A stretch of 62,267 nt of DNA from Catajapyx aquilonaris (taxonomy: Eukaryota). Shown here one piece after another: positions 61,900 through 62,267 of this stretch; the stretch's first letter is position 1; the number at the start of each line of letters is the position of its first letter. Location of the stretch: NCBI GenBank assembly GCA_000934665.2, contig KZ538557.1, positions 1 through 62,267 on the forward strand. Direction: 5' to 3'. The position numbers were made by a program, and so were the translations under genes. Under the pieces are notes generated by a model, which saw only the letters and a list, made by a program, of their open reading frames with translations, was not told where the DNA came from and made no database searches.

Positions 61900-62267
61900 G
61901 ATTGCTCAATTATTAGCTGGCTACTTGGTTGAGAGGGTGACTGTTTTACACTTTGTTGGCTGATGAACTTGTACACACTTCTCCTAGACCCCCCTGCCTA
62001 TCCTCCAATGGCATAGCCAGCTGCTGAGCATATAGGGGTGGTTCCATTTCAGATCAGCCAGTGAGTGAAAAAAGGTGTCAGGTCATAGTCATCGATTTTT
62101 TTGAAAAATATATATGTGAAACACACATCGAATTGAACTCTTATGGAACAATCAGTTTTACCAGATTAAATTTAGTTATCGAGTTATTAATATTTATTTG
62201 AAGGGGTACCAAAATCACAATCACGCGAAGACGCACTTTTTGCCGCTTTTTCCATTGCTTTCAATGA

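Overview
Intron-rich, repeat-dense animal genomic DNA, probably from an arthropod or other invertebrate (inference from short introns, (ATT)n microsatellites and the SINE types). It is not prokaryotic. Host genes reconstructed by hand from GT/AG sites and reading phase: one or two ankyrin-repeat genes (-, 3.6-6.3 kb); two intact, highly diverged tandem Hedgehog acyltransferase (HHAT/rasp, MBOAT) paralogues (+, 19463-30715 and 37721-42925); METTL15/RsmH (-); UQCC2 (-); and DLST (+, runs off the window). UQCC2 and DLST are head-to-head with 302 bp between start codons. The most striking observation is that the METTL15 main exon has no start codon or obvious promoter of its own. Its phase-2 acceptor matches UQCC2 exon 1, and no canonical poly(A) signal separates the two genes, suggesting a shared first exon or a dicistronic mRNA. 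The rest is a mosaic of nested non-autonomous transposons: piggyBac, hAT, Tc1/mariner/pogo, Harbinger, Chapaev3, Kolobok, P, Sola-like, Helitron/Helentron, a long-TIR Mutator-like element carrying a broken OTU deubiquitinase, and several tRNA-derived SINE families. Family assignments rest on termini, TSDs and motifs read by eye; no database search was run.
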